64,000 nucleotides of DNA, taken from Candidatus Saccharimonadota bacterium (GTDB lineage Bacteria; Patescibacteriota; Saccharimonadia; Saccharimonadales; 2-12-FULL-41-12). The translations under genes and the position numbers were made by a program. Where the stretch lies: positions 461-64,460 of the forward strand of contig JACRNE010000001.1 in NCBI GenBank assembly GCA_016219345.1. Reading direction: 5' to 3'. The notes under the pieces were generated by a model, which saw only the letters and a program-made list of their open reading frames with translations, did not search any database and was not told where the DNA came from. Shown one piece after another: positions 1 through 8,425 of this stretch. The first letter of the stretch is position 1; every line of letters begins with the position of its first letter.

Positions 1-456
1 CAAGCAGCAAATAACGATCAAAATCAACTAAACAATGCTAATGTATTTGTTGATGGGAACTGGAGTACTGTCAATATTAATTATGATGCGGGCAATGATA
101 AATTTATGTTGTCAGACAGCTATATATTTAATGATTGGAACAAGCAAAAAGATTTCGGATTGCTTTATGAACTTGGAAAATCTATCAGTGATGTACAATC
201 ATCGGCTAGAGGAGGTGCAAGATCACCGCTTACTAAGGCATCAATTAAGGCCATACAGTCTCAGGAGGTCGCCAGTAAGAAGTCGATAGGAGACTACATA
301 GAAAGTAAAAGGTCTGAAGCCGCAAGATTAATGCTGACTGGAGTAAGTTTTATAAAGAAAGATGTGATGAACTTGAAGAGACTATTGAAGGTGAGAATAA
401 GCCAAGAAAAAGGAGATATAAAGTTTTACGGCCAAGCAAAAAGGTGGACAGCCTAA
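1..456 (+). CDS. hypothetical protein, 5' end outside window
   Basis: Frame 1 is open from base 1 to the TAA at 454-456. Track ORF 106..456 is its tail. N/D/Q/K-rich with no motif I recognise. Confidence 0.4.
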   Translation, partial: QAANNDQNQLNNANVFVDGNWSTVNINYDAGNDKFMLSDSYIFNDWNKQKDFGLLYELGKSISDVQSSARGGARSPLTKASIKAIQSQEVASKKSIGDYIESKRSEAARLMLTGVSFIKKDVMNLKRLLKVRISQEKGDIKFYGQAKRWTA

Positions 457-914
457 AACTAAATAGAAAGAGATGGTACATAGGATTACTATTCACGCTG
501 TTTTTGTATATGCTAATAGTCACTATTATATTTCTTAGCAAAGTTGATATTACCAATGATATTAATGGCTTCGGGAAGTATATAATGGGCTTAACTTTTT
601 ATGGATTTCTCGGTGGAGTATTCTTGGGTTATTCTAACGCGAACAGACAATTAAAAATCCATCAAAATCTTCTAGAGCAGTATAGGCATCGTGAGATTGT
701 AGCGAAAACAATCAGCGGTGTTGTATCTGCCGTCATTAAGACGAAAGAAGGAAATGCATCCCCAGAAGAACAAACAGAGATTGAAAAGGAAGAGTTACAG
801 CAATTAGTTAAAGTAGCTGCCTCAGCAATGTTTGAATATCGTACAATCGGACATCTTTCTGCCAAGGAGGGTAACAGTATACTTAGTGAACTAATTAACT
901 CGAGGAATAATTAG
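444..914 (+). CDS. hypothetical membrane protein
   Basis: 156-aa ORF with a GTG start. Two hydrophobic helices (WYIGLLFTLFLYMLIVTIIFL, LTFYGFLGGVFLGY). No recognisable family. Confidence 0.45.
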   Translation: MDSLKLNRKRWYIGLLFTLFLYMLIVTIIFLSKVDITNDINGFGKYIMGLTFYGFLGGVFLGYSNANRQLKIHQNLLEQYRHREIVAKTISGVVSAVIKTKEGNASPEEQTEIEKEELQQLVKVAASAMFEYRTIGHLSAKEGNSILSELINSRNN

Positions 915-963
915 ATTTTCAGCCCTGCAATATAAAGAAAAATTTAGGAAGGTGGTACGATAG

Positions 964-1575
964 ATGTTTATGAAGGGTATAAAAAACATGAAGATTCAGC
1001 AGTCACTGCCATACATCTTGCTCGTTGGGGCAATAGTCGGCCTGTTTGCGTCATTTACCCTGACAGTAGAACATATTGAGCTACTAAAAGACCCTAACCG
1101 CGACCTCAGCTGTAGCATTGACCCAGTTCTAGCCTGTGGCCCTATCATGCAGTCGAAAGAAGCTACCGTATTTGGCTTTCCTAATCCGTTAATTGGCCTT
1201 GTTATGTTCGGCGCTCAGGCCACTATAGCCGTGGTCATGATAGCCGGCGCAAGGATGAAGAGCTGGTTCTGGAAGCTGTATCTAGCAGGTATTTTAGGCG
1301 GACTCGCCTTTGCAATGTGGTTAATGTGGCATAGCCTTTACGTCATCGGTGCAATCTGTATTTATTGCTTTGCTGTCTGGATAGTTATGATCTTCTCCTC
1401 TTGGTATGTCTTCCAGTACATGCTGGCGGAAAAACACCTAAAACTGAAATCTAAAGCCGCAACAACATTTATACGTAAACATCACGGAGACATATTATTC
1501 GTTATATATTTGATACTAATATTTTTGATACTAAACAGATTTTGGTATTACTACGGACCAAAACTAGGATTCTAA
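964..1575 (+). CDS. vitamin K epoxide reductase (VKOR) family membrane protein
   Basis: Multi-TM protein. Has the loop Cys pair (CSIDPVLAC) and the in-membrane CIYC redox motif typical of VKOR. Confidence 0.7.
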   Translation: MFMKGIKNMKIQQSLPYILLVGAIVGLFASFTLTVEHIELLKDPNRDLSCSIDPVLACGPIMQSKEATVFGFPNPLIGLVMFGAQATIAVVMIAGARMKSWFWKLYLAGILGGLAFAMWLMWHSLYVIGAICIYCFAVWIVMIFSSWYVFQYMLAEKHLKLKSKAATTFIRKHHGDILFVIYLILIFLILNRFWYYYGPKLGF

Positions 1576-1578
1576 TCT

Positions 1579-2505
1579 ATGTCTAAGCGAGATTATTATG
1601 AAGTTTTGGGCCTTGGTAAAGATGCATCTAATGATGAGATCAAAAAAGCTTTTCGGCGCGCTGCCGTAGAACATCACCCAGACCGCGGTGGTGATGAAGC
1701 CAACGATATATTTGGTAATTTCTTTGGCGGGCAGCAAGGCGGTCAAAGACGCGGGGCTAAGCAAGCCCGTGGTAGTGATGTTGAAACTAAGATAGAGCTA
1801 AAGTTTGAGGAAGCTGTATTCGGCACAGAAGAAAAACTAAATATCAGATTGGATGACACCTGTAGTCACTGTAAAGGTACAACGGCTGAGCCGGGCTATG
1901 AGCTAAAAACTTGCGATACGTGTAAGGGTTCTGGCCAGGTCATGAAAGTTATCCGAACGGTCTTCGGCAACATGCAGCAAGCTACTGTTTGTGGTGAGTG
2001 TAAGGGGGCTGGTAAAGTGCCAGAAAAGGTCTGTTCAGTCTGTGCCGGCAAAGGTACAGAAAAGAAAGAGCAAGAAATTGACCTAAAGATCCCAGCGGGT
2101 ATTGATGACGGAGCGACAATTCGCTTGCGCGAACATGGTGAAGCAATTGCCAACGGACCAAAGGGTGATCTATACGTCCACATAAGGGTAAAACCTCATA
2201 AAAAATTTACTAGAGAAGGCGAGCTAATCCTAAGTGAACAGCATATAGATATGGTGGAGGCAGCACTTGGAACAGAGATTGAGGTAGATACTGTTGATGG
2301 GCCTATCAAAATGAAAATCCCAGCAGGCACACAGAGCGGAACTGACTTTAAATTATCAGGCCACGGAGTGCCGAAGATAAAATCATCCCACCGTGGTGCG
2401 CATATAGTTACCGTGGTTGTTGATACTCCGTCTAAATTATCTAAGAAGCAAAAAGAAATTCTGGAAGAGTTTAAGGATCATAAAAAAGGTCTATTTGGCC
2501 TATAG
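1579..2505 (+). CDS. dnaJ: chaperone DnaJ with shortened J domain and G/F region
   Basis: Starts [27 protein letters not shown]. Four CxxCxGxG zinc motifs (CSHCKG, CDTCKG, CGECKG, CSVCAG) and the C-terminal substrate domains are present. Only 308 aa. Confidence 0.8.
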   Translation: MSKRDYYEVLGLGKDASNDEIKKAFRRAAVEHHPDRGGDEANDIFGNFFGGQQGGQRRGAKQARGSDVETKIELKFEEAVFGTEEKLNIRLDDTCSHCKGTTAEPGYELKTCDTCKGSGQVMKVIRTVFGNMQQATVCGECKGAGKVPEKVCSVCAGKGTEKKEQEIDLKIPAGIDDGATIRLREHGEAIANGPKGDLYVHIRVKPHKKFTREGELILSEQHIDMVEAALGTEIEVDTVDGPIKMKIPAGTQSGTDFKLSGHGVPKIKSSHRGAHIVTVVVDTPSKLSKKQKEILEEFKDHKKGLFGL

Positions 2506-2510
2506 TACGT

Positions 2511-2589
2511 ATCGGGTCCTGATTCTTTTGGTTTCCCGTGAATTTCCACGATATTCATTCACGGGATCCCTCCAAAAGAACCACCCGAT
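2511..2589 (+). other. 79-nt three-segment imperfect hairpin just after the dnaJ stop
   Basis: Paired arms are atcgggt/acccgat, ttcttttgg/ccaaaagaa and cccgtgaat/attcacggg around a 13-nt loop. No T tract follows. Confidence 0.4.
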
Positions 2590-2634
2590 AGTGGTTGATC
2601 CAATCAGAGCATAAGCGATATACTGAGATAAATT

Positions 2635-2745
2635 ATGAAGAAGTTAAACCAAAATGGTTTTATCCCGATGATTATAAGCTTAATTTTGATTGTGCTTGCA
2701 GCGATAGTTTTTGCCTACATGAGAGTACGTGCAAAACAGGGGTAG
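2635..2745 (+). CDS. possible 36-aa hydrophobic peptide
   Basis: ATG..TAG encodes MKKLNQNGFIPMIISLILIVLAAIVFAYMRVRAKQG. No clear SD. It competes with track ORF 2595..2795, which looks non-protein-like. Confidence 0.3.
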   Translation: MKKLNQNGFIPMIISLILIVLAAIVFAYMRVRAKQG

Positions 2746-2835
2746 CCTATGAGACACCCATTCTGGGTTTCTCATCGCGCCGGGCAGCAAAGTAAATTTG
2801 ACTGCGCGGGCTGCTCTTCCCGGTCTGTGGAGACA

Positions 2836-2865
2836 TTGACATTTAAGGTGTTTTTATGCTATAAT
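2836..2865 (+). promoter_or_regulatory. sigma70-like promoter upstream of the RimK module
   Basis: TTGACA (2836-2841), 18-nt spacer, TGcTATAAT extended -10 (TATAAT at 2860-2865). Confidence 0.5.
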
Positions 2866-2944
2866 AAAGAGATAAAGTTAGCTAAAATAAGTTAAGTTGT
2901 CAAAACAAAAAAGACGGCATATTTGTTTCTAAGAAGCCAATGAT

Positions 2945-3898
2945 ATGAAGAAAGTACTAATAATTACATCCAGATCTGAAAAGACCGTTTCATGGGCGGA
3001 GCGGGAGCGCTTTGTGGCTGAATTTTGTGAGAAAGTTTCTGCCAAGTTGGATGATATTACTCTAATATATACCACCTATAGTGATTTGGTTTACACCGTA
3101 AAATCGGATAAAACTAAGATATTCGACACCAGAAATAAAATAGATTTAGCCGAAGTTGATTTAGTGCATTTTAAAAACTGGTCACACAACACGGGTGAAG
3201 CACCAGTGATCGCAGCTTATCTGAGGGCAAATAGAACTTTGTTTTTTAATAGCGAAGTGAATTTGCCAATCGCTCCGGGTAAACTAGCACAGATGTTTCT
3301 GCTGGCTAGAAATAAAGTCCCAGTGCCTGACACTTTCTATGCATCGCGTCTAAAACTTAAAGAATTATTTACCAAGAATGAACTTCCTGAAGGTTTTAAT
3401 TTCCCTCTGATATTGAAAGCTAATGATGGCTCAAAAGGTAACGATAATTACTTAATCAAAGACGGAAAAGAGGCGGCAAATATACTTGAGTCTGCGGAAG
3501 CAGATAAACAATTTATCGTCCAGAACTTTGTGCCGAACGACGGCGATTACCGATATCTATTTGTCGGCTTGGACAAGAAACCTTTGGTTATTCACCGCCA
3601 AGCCAACGATGATAATCACCTGAATAATACATCCAAAGGCGCCAATGCAGGCTTTCTAGATGTTGGAAGCTTGCCAGATGAGTATTTACAATACGCGCGC
3701 AAGACAGCAGAATTATTAGGTAGAGAGATAAGCGGGGTGGATATCTTGGTGAACAAAGAAAACGGCAAAGCATATGTACTTGAGGCGAACGGAACTCCAG
3801 CTATTGCTACTGGATTCGGCACTGATGAAAAGGTAGAGCATTTTGTTGATTTTCTAAAAGAGCAGCTAGGTAACTTAAATGATGAGACGGAGGAATAA
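2945..3898 (+). CDS. ATP-grasp ligase, RimK-like paralog
   Basis: ATP-grasp signatures ILKANDGSKGN, VQNFVPNDGDYRYLFVG and GVDILVNKENGKAYVLEANGTP. Confidence 0.75.
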   Translation: MKKVLIITSRSEKTVSWAERERFVAEFCEKVSAKLDDITLIYTTYSDLVYTVKSDKTKIFDTRNKIDLAEVDLVHFKNWSHNTGEAPVIAAYLRANRTLFFNSEVNLPIAPGKLAQMFLLARNKVPVPDTFYASRLKLKELFTKNELPEGFNFPLILKANDGSKGNDNYLIKDGKEAANILESAEADKQFIVQNFVPNDGDYRYLFVGLDKKPLVIHRQANDDNHLNNTSKGANAGFLDVGSLPDEYLQYARKTAELLGREISGVDILVNKENGKAYVLEANGTPAIATGFGTDEKVEHFVDFLKEQLGNLNDETEE

Positions 3899-4383
3899 TG
3901 GCAAGTAAGTATCAGGTAATTATCGGACGTTTCGAAGAGATTGACATTGTTAATACTGCCCTTAAGGTCCCAGCAAAGATAGATACTGGGGCGTTTAGGT
4001 CATCGATTCATGCAAGCGACATAAAAATTGTTAAGAAGAAGGGCCAAGAAGTCCTGACCTGTAAGTTGCTGGGGCATCCTTGTTCACCTGTAAAACGTGA
4101 TTTTGAGTCCGCAAGATTTAGCAGGGTTAATGTTACAAATTCCTTTGGTAAAGACGAGGAACGATACGAAGTTCCTATTAAGATAAAACTGGGACCAAAG
4201 ATTTTCTATACTTCGTTTACGCTTGCGGATAGAAGCAATAACTTATTCCCAGTGTTGGTTGGCCGAAAACTTCTAAAAGGTAAATATCTGGTCGATGCCG
4301 GTAAAACAAGCATTGATAGAACTCGGCTTAAGAAAACATTTGGCATTAAAAGCACCGTGGACGAAGAAGACCTAGAGGACTAA
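3898..4383 (+). CDS. RimK-associated retropepsin-like protease (putative ATP-dependent zinc protease / RimB-like family)
   Basis: AKIDTGAFRSSIHA motif matches the family hallmark KIDTGA(R)TS.LHA. TAATG start overlaps the upstream stop. Confidence 0.7.
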   Translation: MASKYQVIIGRFEEIDIVNTALKVPAKIDTGAFRSSIHASDIKIVKKKGQEVLTCKLLGHPCSPVKRDFESARFSRVNVTNSFGKDEERYEVPIKIKLGPKIFYTSFTLADRSNNLFPVLVGRKLLKGKYLVDAGKTSIDRTRLKKTFGIKSTVDEEDLED

Positions 4384-4392
4384 AGTAAAAAT

Positions 4393-5295
4393 ATGAACAT
4401 CGTAATTTTATCTAAGGGTCCAGGCAACTACAGTACTAGAAGGCTAAAAGAAGAAGCGCTACTTCGTGGTCACAATGTTCGCGTCGTTAATTATGCCCAG
4501 TGTTACATGGCTATAGAGAAAGGCCGACCAGTTGTTTTCTATAAAGGAAAGCCACTAACAGATGTAGACGCTGTGATACCTAGAATTGCCCAAAGTAATA
4601 CGAAATATGGGACGGCCGTGGTAAGGCAGTTTGAGATGCAAGGAGTATTCACGACTGCAAGCTCTATTGCGATAAATCGTGTGCGCGATAAATTGCGCTC
4701 TTACCAGCTTTTGGCAAAGTCAGACATTGGGATTCCTAAAACGGTGTTTGCTCGTGAAACTTCTGACTTTGAAGATGTGATTGAGCATGCGGGCGGTACG
4801 CCACTGATTATTAAAGTTGCCCGCGGTACGCATGGTAATGGTGTAGTATTGGCCGAGAACAAAAAAGCGGCTCAGGCTGTAATGCAAGCCTTTTATGTCG
4901 AGGGCGTGAACTTCTTAGTCCAAGAATTTATTAAGGAAGCAGCGGGGACTGACATAAGGGCATTTATGGTCGGTGGGCGTGTGGTTGCTAGCATGAAACG
5001 TCAGAGCCTTGATGATGATTTTAGATCAAACCTTCACCAGGGTGGCGAGGGCACGCCGATTAAACTGACTACAGAAGAGCGCAAAATGGCACAAAAAGCC
5101 GCCAAAGAAATGGGTCTGCCGATTTGCGGCGTGGATATGATGCGAGCGGATCGAGGACCACTAGTCTTAGAGGTAAATGCCAGTCCTGGGTTTAATATCG
5201 AGAGAGTAACTCACAGCAATGTCGCTGGGAAAGTGATCGAGTATATAGAACACAATGCCAAGGGAAGACGAAAAAAAGATAAAGTTGGCGCCTAA
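4393..5295 (+). CDS. rimK: ribosomal protein S6--L-glutamate ligase RimK
   Basis: 300 aa with N-terminus MNIVILSKGPGNYSTRRLKEEALLRGH. ATP-grasp core IIKVARGTHGNGVVL, QEFIKEAAGTDIRAFMVGG, CGVDMMRADRGPLVLEVNASPG. Confidence 0.85.
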   Translation: MNIVILSKGPGNYSTRRLKEEALLRGHNVRVVNYAQCYMAIEKGRPVVFYKGKPLTDVDAVIPRIAQSNTKYGTAVVRQFEMQGVFTTASSIAINRVRDKLRSYQLLAKSDIGIPKTVFARETSDFEDVIEHAGGTPLIIKVARGTHGNGVVLAENKKAAQAVMQAFYVEGVNFLVQEFIKEAAGTDIRAFMVGGRVVASMKRQSLDDDFRSNLHQGGEGTPIKLTTEERKMAQKAAKEMGLPICGVDMMRADRGPLVLEVNASPGFNIERVTHSNVAGKVIEYIEHNAKGRRKKDKVGA

Positions 5296-5773
5296 AACTA
5301 GGCGTGGCTTTCGCGAGAATGTCTCTATATTAACTGCATTTTTTATAATTTTTTTGGCTTTGGTTTTTGCGCTATATTTTGTTGCCAGCCAGTCTAAAGA
5401 CTTAAATAAAAGTGAAAGCCCAAGTTGCATAGGAGTCCAGCTAGCTCAGGGTTGTTACGAACTTGAAAAAGCCACTACTAATGAACAAAGAATGAACGGG
5501 CTTTCATACAGGGATAGCCTGGGCGAGAAAACAGGCATGCTTTTTATATTTGAGACTATTGAAGAGCAGTGTTTTTGGATGAAAGATATGAAATTTAGTA
5601 TAGACATGATCTGGCTGAATGAAGCAAAAGAAATCACAAAGATTGAAAAAAACGTTTCTCCCGGCTCATATCCTAAATCTTTCTGCCAAGGTGATACAAA
5701 ATATGTTTTAGAGTTCAATGCAGGTGTTTCTGACCAAAATGGATTAAAAGTCGGATCAAGGTTACAATTTTAA
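5255..5773 (+). CDS. DUF192 domain protein with N-terminal TM helix
   Basis: MLFIFE..CFWMKDMKFSIDMIWL resembles the DUF192 core. The true start is probably downstream of 5255, because the ORF overlaps the rimK end. Confidence 0.6.
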   Translation: MPREDEKKIKLAPKTRRGFRENVSILTAFFIIFLALVFALYFVASQSKDLNKSESPSCIGVQLAQGCYELEKATTNEQRMNGLSYRDSLGEKTGMLFIFETIEEQCFWMKDMKFSIDMIWLNEAKEITKIEKNVSPGSYPKSFCQGDTKYVLEFNAGVSDQNGLKVGSRLQF

Positions 5774-5774
5774 G

Positions 5775-6251
5775 ATGGATACAACGCTTGTGCTTGGCAT
5801 AATCGCATTAGCTGCATGGCTAGGAACTGTATATCTACGGGTTCCGCCAACAGTAATGTTTTTAAGTATTTTGGTTGGAAAGTTGTTTGCCGAGGAGTTG
5901 AGTGATGAACTTTATGGGTTTGTAATTAACTTTTTACCAAACATCGAAGCTAAATATGTTCAGCTTTTTCTACTTCTAATCCCCGTTGCGTTAACTGTCT
6001 TGCTGATGAAGGGCACAACGACTAGATCAAGAATGCTAATAAATGGTTTACCGCTTTTCTTTTCGCTTTTGACTTTGGCACTATTTATAAACCCATACAT
6101 AAACGTCGTAAATAACTTAGAAGAGTCACAGCGGATTCTTCTGACTGAAAATGAAAGCTACATTGTGGCTTTTGCTGCCACAATTACATTAATTAGCGCC
6201 TGGGCACCTCATATAAAAGGCCTGCCTAAGCATAAAAAGCACAAAAATTAG
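5775..6251 (+). CDS. hypothetical membrane protein
   Basis: 158 aa with 4 predicted TM helices and a lysine-rich tail. Confidence 0.5.
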   Translation: MDTTLVLGIIALAAWLGTVYLRVPPTVMFLSILVGKLFAEELSDELYGFVINFLPNIEAKYVQLFLLLIPVALTVLLMKGTTTRSRMLINGLPLFFSLLTLALFINPYINVVNNLEESQRILLTENESYIVAFAATITLISAWAPHIKGLPKHKKHKN

Positions 6252-6254
6252 AAC

Positions 6255-6713
6255 TTAACCAAAAGTTGGCGGATCGTTAGAGCTAGGTGCTGCTGGTTCG
6301 CTCGGTTCGCTCGGTGTTTCAGCAGTCGGCTCTGAAGGTGTTTCCGGTGAAGGAGAAGGCGTGGTCTCTGGGCTTTCCGCGGCTGGCTCTGAAGGTGCTT
6401 CTGGAGCTGGAGATTGGGCAACTTCAGTTGAGTCTGGACTAACCCCAGCGTCGCTTGGAATGGCTGAATCAGGACTAATAGAGGTATCTTCAGAAGAGCC
6501 AGAATCAGCTACGGATGTTTCTGGGCTAGAATCCGAGCTAGCTGATGCAGATGGTGAGGTAGATGGTGCTGGTCCGCCTTCGTTAGCGCCTACGGCTGTA
6601 CCCACGGCTACTCCTGCTGTTGGGATGGTTGTGCGAGCCTCGCCTGATATGTTGGGCCCTGGAGCTGATTTGTCTTTTTTCTTAAAAATACTGAACAGTT
6701 TGCTTAAAAACAT
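6255..6713 (-). CDS. Pro/Ser/Glu/Thr/Ala-rich low-complexity protein
   Basis: AAGGA lies 7 nt upstream of the ATG. The body is PSEPAAESPETTPSPSPETPSEPTAETPSEPSEP-type repeats. Antisense ORF 6361..6732 is open only because of composition. Confidence 0.4.
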   Translation of the reverse strand: MFLSKLFSIFKKKDKSAPGPNISGEARTTIPTAGVAVGTAVGANEGGPAPSTSPSASASSDSSPETSVADSGSSEDTSISPDSAIPSDAGVSPDSTEVAQSPAPEAPSEPAAESPETTPSPSPETPSEPTAETPSEPSEPAAPSSNDPPTFG

Positions 6714-6823
6714 TATGGATTCCTTATATTAATCTAAGAACTAGATTACTGCTTTTGCTTAATCTCTGCAAGAAACCTTTCTTAAATTAAAAATGCCCAG
6801 CCAAGAAGACTGAGCTGTTTTAA

Positions 6824-6900
6824 TGGAGGGCCCGGTGGGACTCGAACCCACGACACCCTGCTTAAAAGGCAGGTGCTCTAACCGGCTGAGCTACGGGCCC
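6824..6900 (-). tRNA. tRNA-Lys(TTT), CCA encoded
   Basis: Reverse complement is GGGCCCGTAGCTCAGCCGGTTAGAGCACCTGCCTTTTAAGCAGG..GGTTCGAGTCCCACCGGGCCCTCCA. Anticodon loop is CTTTTAA. Confidence 0.95.
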
Positions 6901-6920
6901 ATGTATATAAATACTAAAAA

Positions 6921-6949
6921 ACTCTAACAGATTACCTCTGTTATTGCAA
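6921..6949 (-). promoter_or_regulatory. promoter of tRNA-Lys(TTT)
   Basis: TTGCAA, 17-nt spacer, TAGAGT. It includes a 22-nt block identical to the one upstream of tRNA-Lys(CTT). Confidence 0.5.
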
Positions 6950-6968
6950 CTTTTTAAGTGTTGATAAT

Positions 6969-7145
6969 TCAGTCTTGGGTGCGGGTGAAGTGCGCCATAA
7001 CTAAAAAGCCTGCGCCTATTCCTAGGAGAATCCCGGCGATTACTTCGTCAAAAAGTACGCCAAAACCAGCTCCTAGAAGTATAGAGCCAACGAATCCTAC
7101 GCCCCCGCTTTCATAATCTCTTTCTCTTGCTTTTCTTTTAGCCAT
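6969..7145 (-). CDS. possible 58-aa membrane protein
   Basis: Below the track cutoff. Encodes MAKRKARERDYESGGVGFVGSILLGAGFGVLFDEVIAGILLGIGAGFLVMAHFTRTQD, a glycine-zipper-like hydrophobic core. Confidence 0.4.
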   Translation of the reverse strand: MAKRKARERDYESGGVGFVGSILLGAGFGVLFDEVIAGILLGIGAGFLVMAHFTRTQD

Positions 7146-7208
7146 ATTTTTCTCCTTTTACATAAATATTATGACACAGTAACAGAGTAGCTGCTATAAT
7201 CTGGTGTA

Positions 7209-7928
7209 ATGGCTGGTCACAGTAAATGGGCAAAGATACATCGCGGTAAAGCGATAGAAGATGCAAAGCGTGGTGCGGTTTTTACCAAGCTTGGTAATAC
7301 TATTGCTATTGCTGCTCGCGCTGGTTCTGATCCGGAAATGAATTTTACCCTTCGTTTGGCGATAGACAAAGCTAAGGCTGCTAATATGCCAGCTGCAAAT
7401 ATCCAAAGGGCTATAGACCGCGGAAGCGGAAAACTAGGCGGGGAACAGATCCAAGAAGTTATGTATGAAGGCTATGGACCTGGCGGGGTAGCAATATTGG
7501 TAGAGTGTGCGACTGATAATATAAACAGAACATATCCGGATGTCAGGCTGGCCTTTACCAAACACGGTGGGAATATTGCTGAAAAAGGCGCTGTAGCCTT
7601 TCAGTTTGAGCGAAAAGGCATGATTGTAGTTAAGGCCAAAGGCGAAGAGCTACTAATGACGGCTCTAGATGCTGGGGCTGACGATGTGGAAGAGGATGAA
7701 GACGAGACAACGATTTATACTGACCCAAAAAAATTAGCAGAGGTTAGAGATAATCTAAAAAATGCTGGTGTTGAGGTGGCTGAGGCAGAACTAACCTATA
7801 TTCCCAAAAATACTGTCGAAGTTACAGATAGCTCTACCGCCGGGAAAATCGAGCGGCTAATGGAAGCCCTGGACAACCTAGATGATGTTAGTGGAACCCA
7901 TGTTAATTTCGACATAGTAGAGAATTAA
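7209..7928 (+). CDS. yebC: YebC/PmpR family DNA-binding regulator
   Basis: Starts MAGHSKWAKIHRGKAIEDAKRGAVFTKL. 239 aa, immediately upstream of ruvC as in many bacteria. Confidence 0.9.
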   Translation: MAGHSKWAKIHRGKAIEDAKRGAVFTKLGNTIAIAARAGSDPEMNFTLRLAIDKAKAANMPAANIQRAIDRGSGKLGGEQIQEVMYEGYGPGGVAILVECATDNINRTYPDVRLAFTKHGGNIAEKGAVAFQFERKGMIVVKAKGEELLMTALDAGADDVEEDEDETTIYTDPKKLAEVRDNLKNAGVEVAEAELTYIPKNTVEVTDSSTAGKIERLMEALDNLDDVSGTHVNFDIVEN

Positions 7929-7929
7929 T

Positions 7930-8406
7930 ATGAGGATCTTGGGGATTGATCCAGGCACCGGCATAGTTGGTTTCGGCGTGATTGAGAAAACAGGCTCGAA
8001 GCTACATATGATTGACGCTGGGGTGATCCGAACAGACTCAAGACTTAACGATAGCGAGAGACTAAAAATAATTTATGATGAACTGAGCGGGATCATAGAA
8101 GAAAATAAGCCAGAAGTTATGGCTGTCGAAAAACTGTTCTTTGCGCAAAACGTAACAACTGCGATGAGCGTGAGCCAGGCTAGGGGGGTTATCCTACTTT
8201 GTGGTGAACAGAATAAATTACCGGTTTTTGAATATACTCCACTTCAAATCAAGCAAGCCATAACAGGGTATGGGAAAGCAGAGAAAAGCCAAATCCAGGA
8301 AATGGTAAAAGTTATTTTGAAACTTAAAGAAATTCCCAAACCAGATGATTGCGCCGATGCTTTAGCTTGTGCAATAACCCAAGCCAACTCCTCGAATATA
8401 GCCTAA
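7930..8406 (+). CDS. ruvC: Holliday junction resolvase RuvC
   Basis: MRILGIDPGTGIVGFGVIE and the C-terminal PDDCADALACAI motif. Confidence 0.9.
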   Translation: MRILGIDPGTGIVGFGVIEKTGSKLHMIDAGVIRTDSRLNDSERLKIIYDELSGIIEENKPEVMAVEKLFFAQNVTTAMSVSQARGVILLCGEQNKLPVFEYTPLQIKQAITGYGKAEKSQIQEMVKVILKLKEIPKPDDCADALACAITQANSSNIA

Positions 8407-8425
8407 TCGGTTATAATATTACGTA

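Noticed and set aside
2595-2795. 66-aa track ORF in the dnaJ-rimK gap
   Set aside because: There is no SD and the composition is odd (MIQSEHKRYTEINYEEVKPKWFYPDDYKLNFDCACSDSFC). It overlaps a more plausible hydrophobic micro-ORF in another frame. Neither is well supported.
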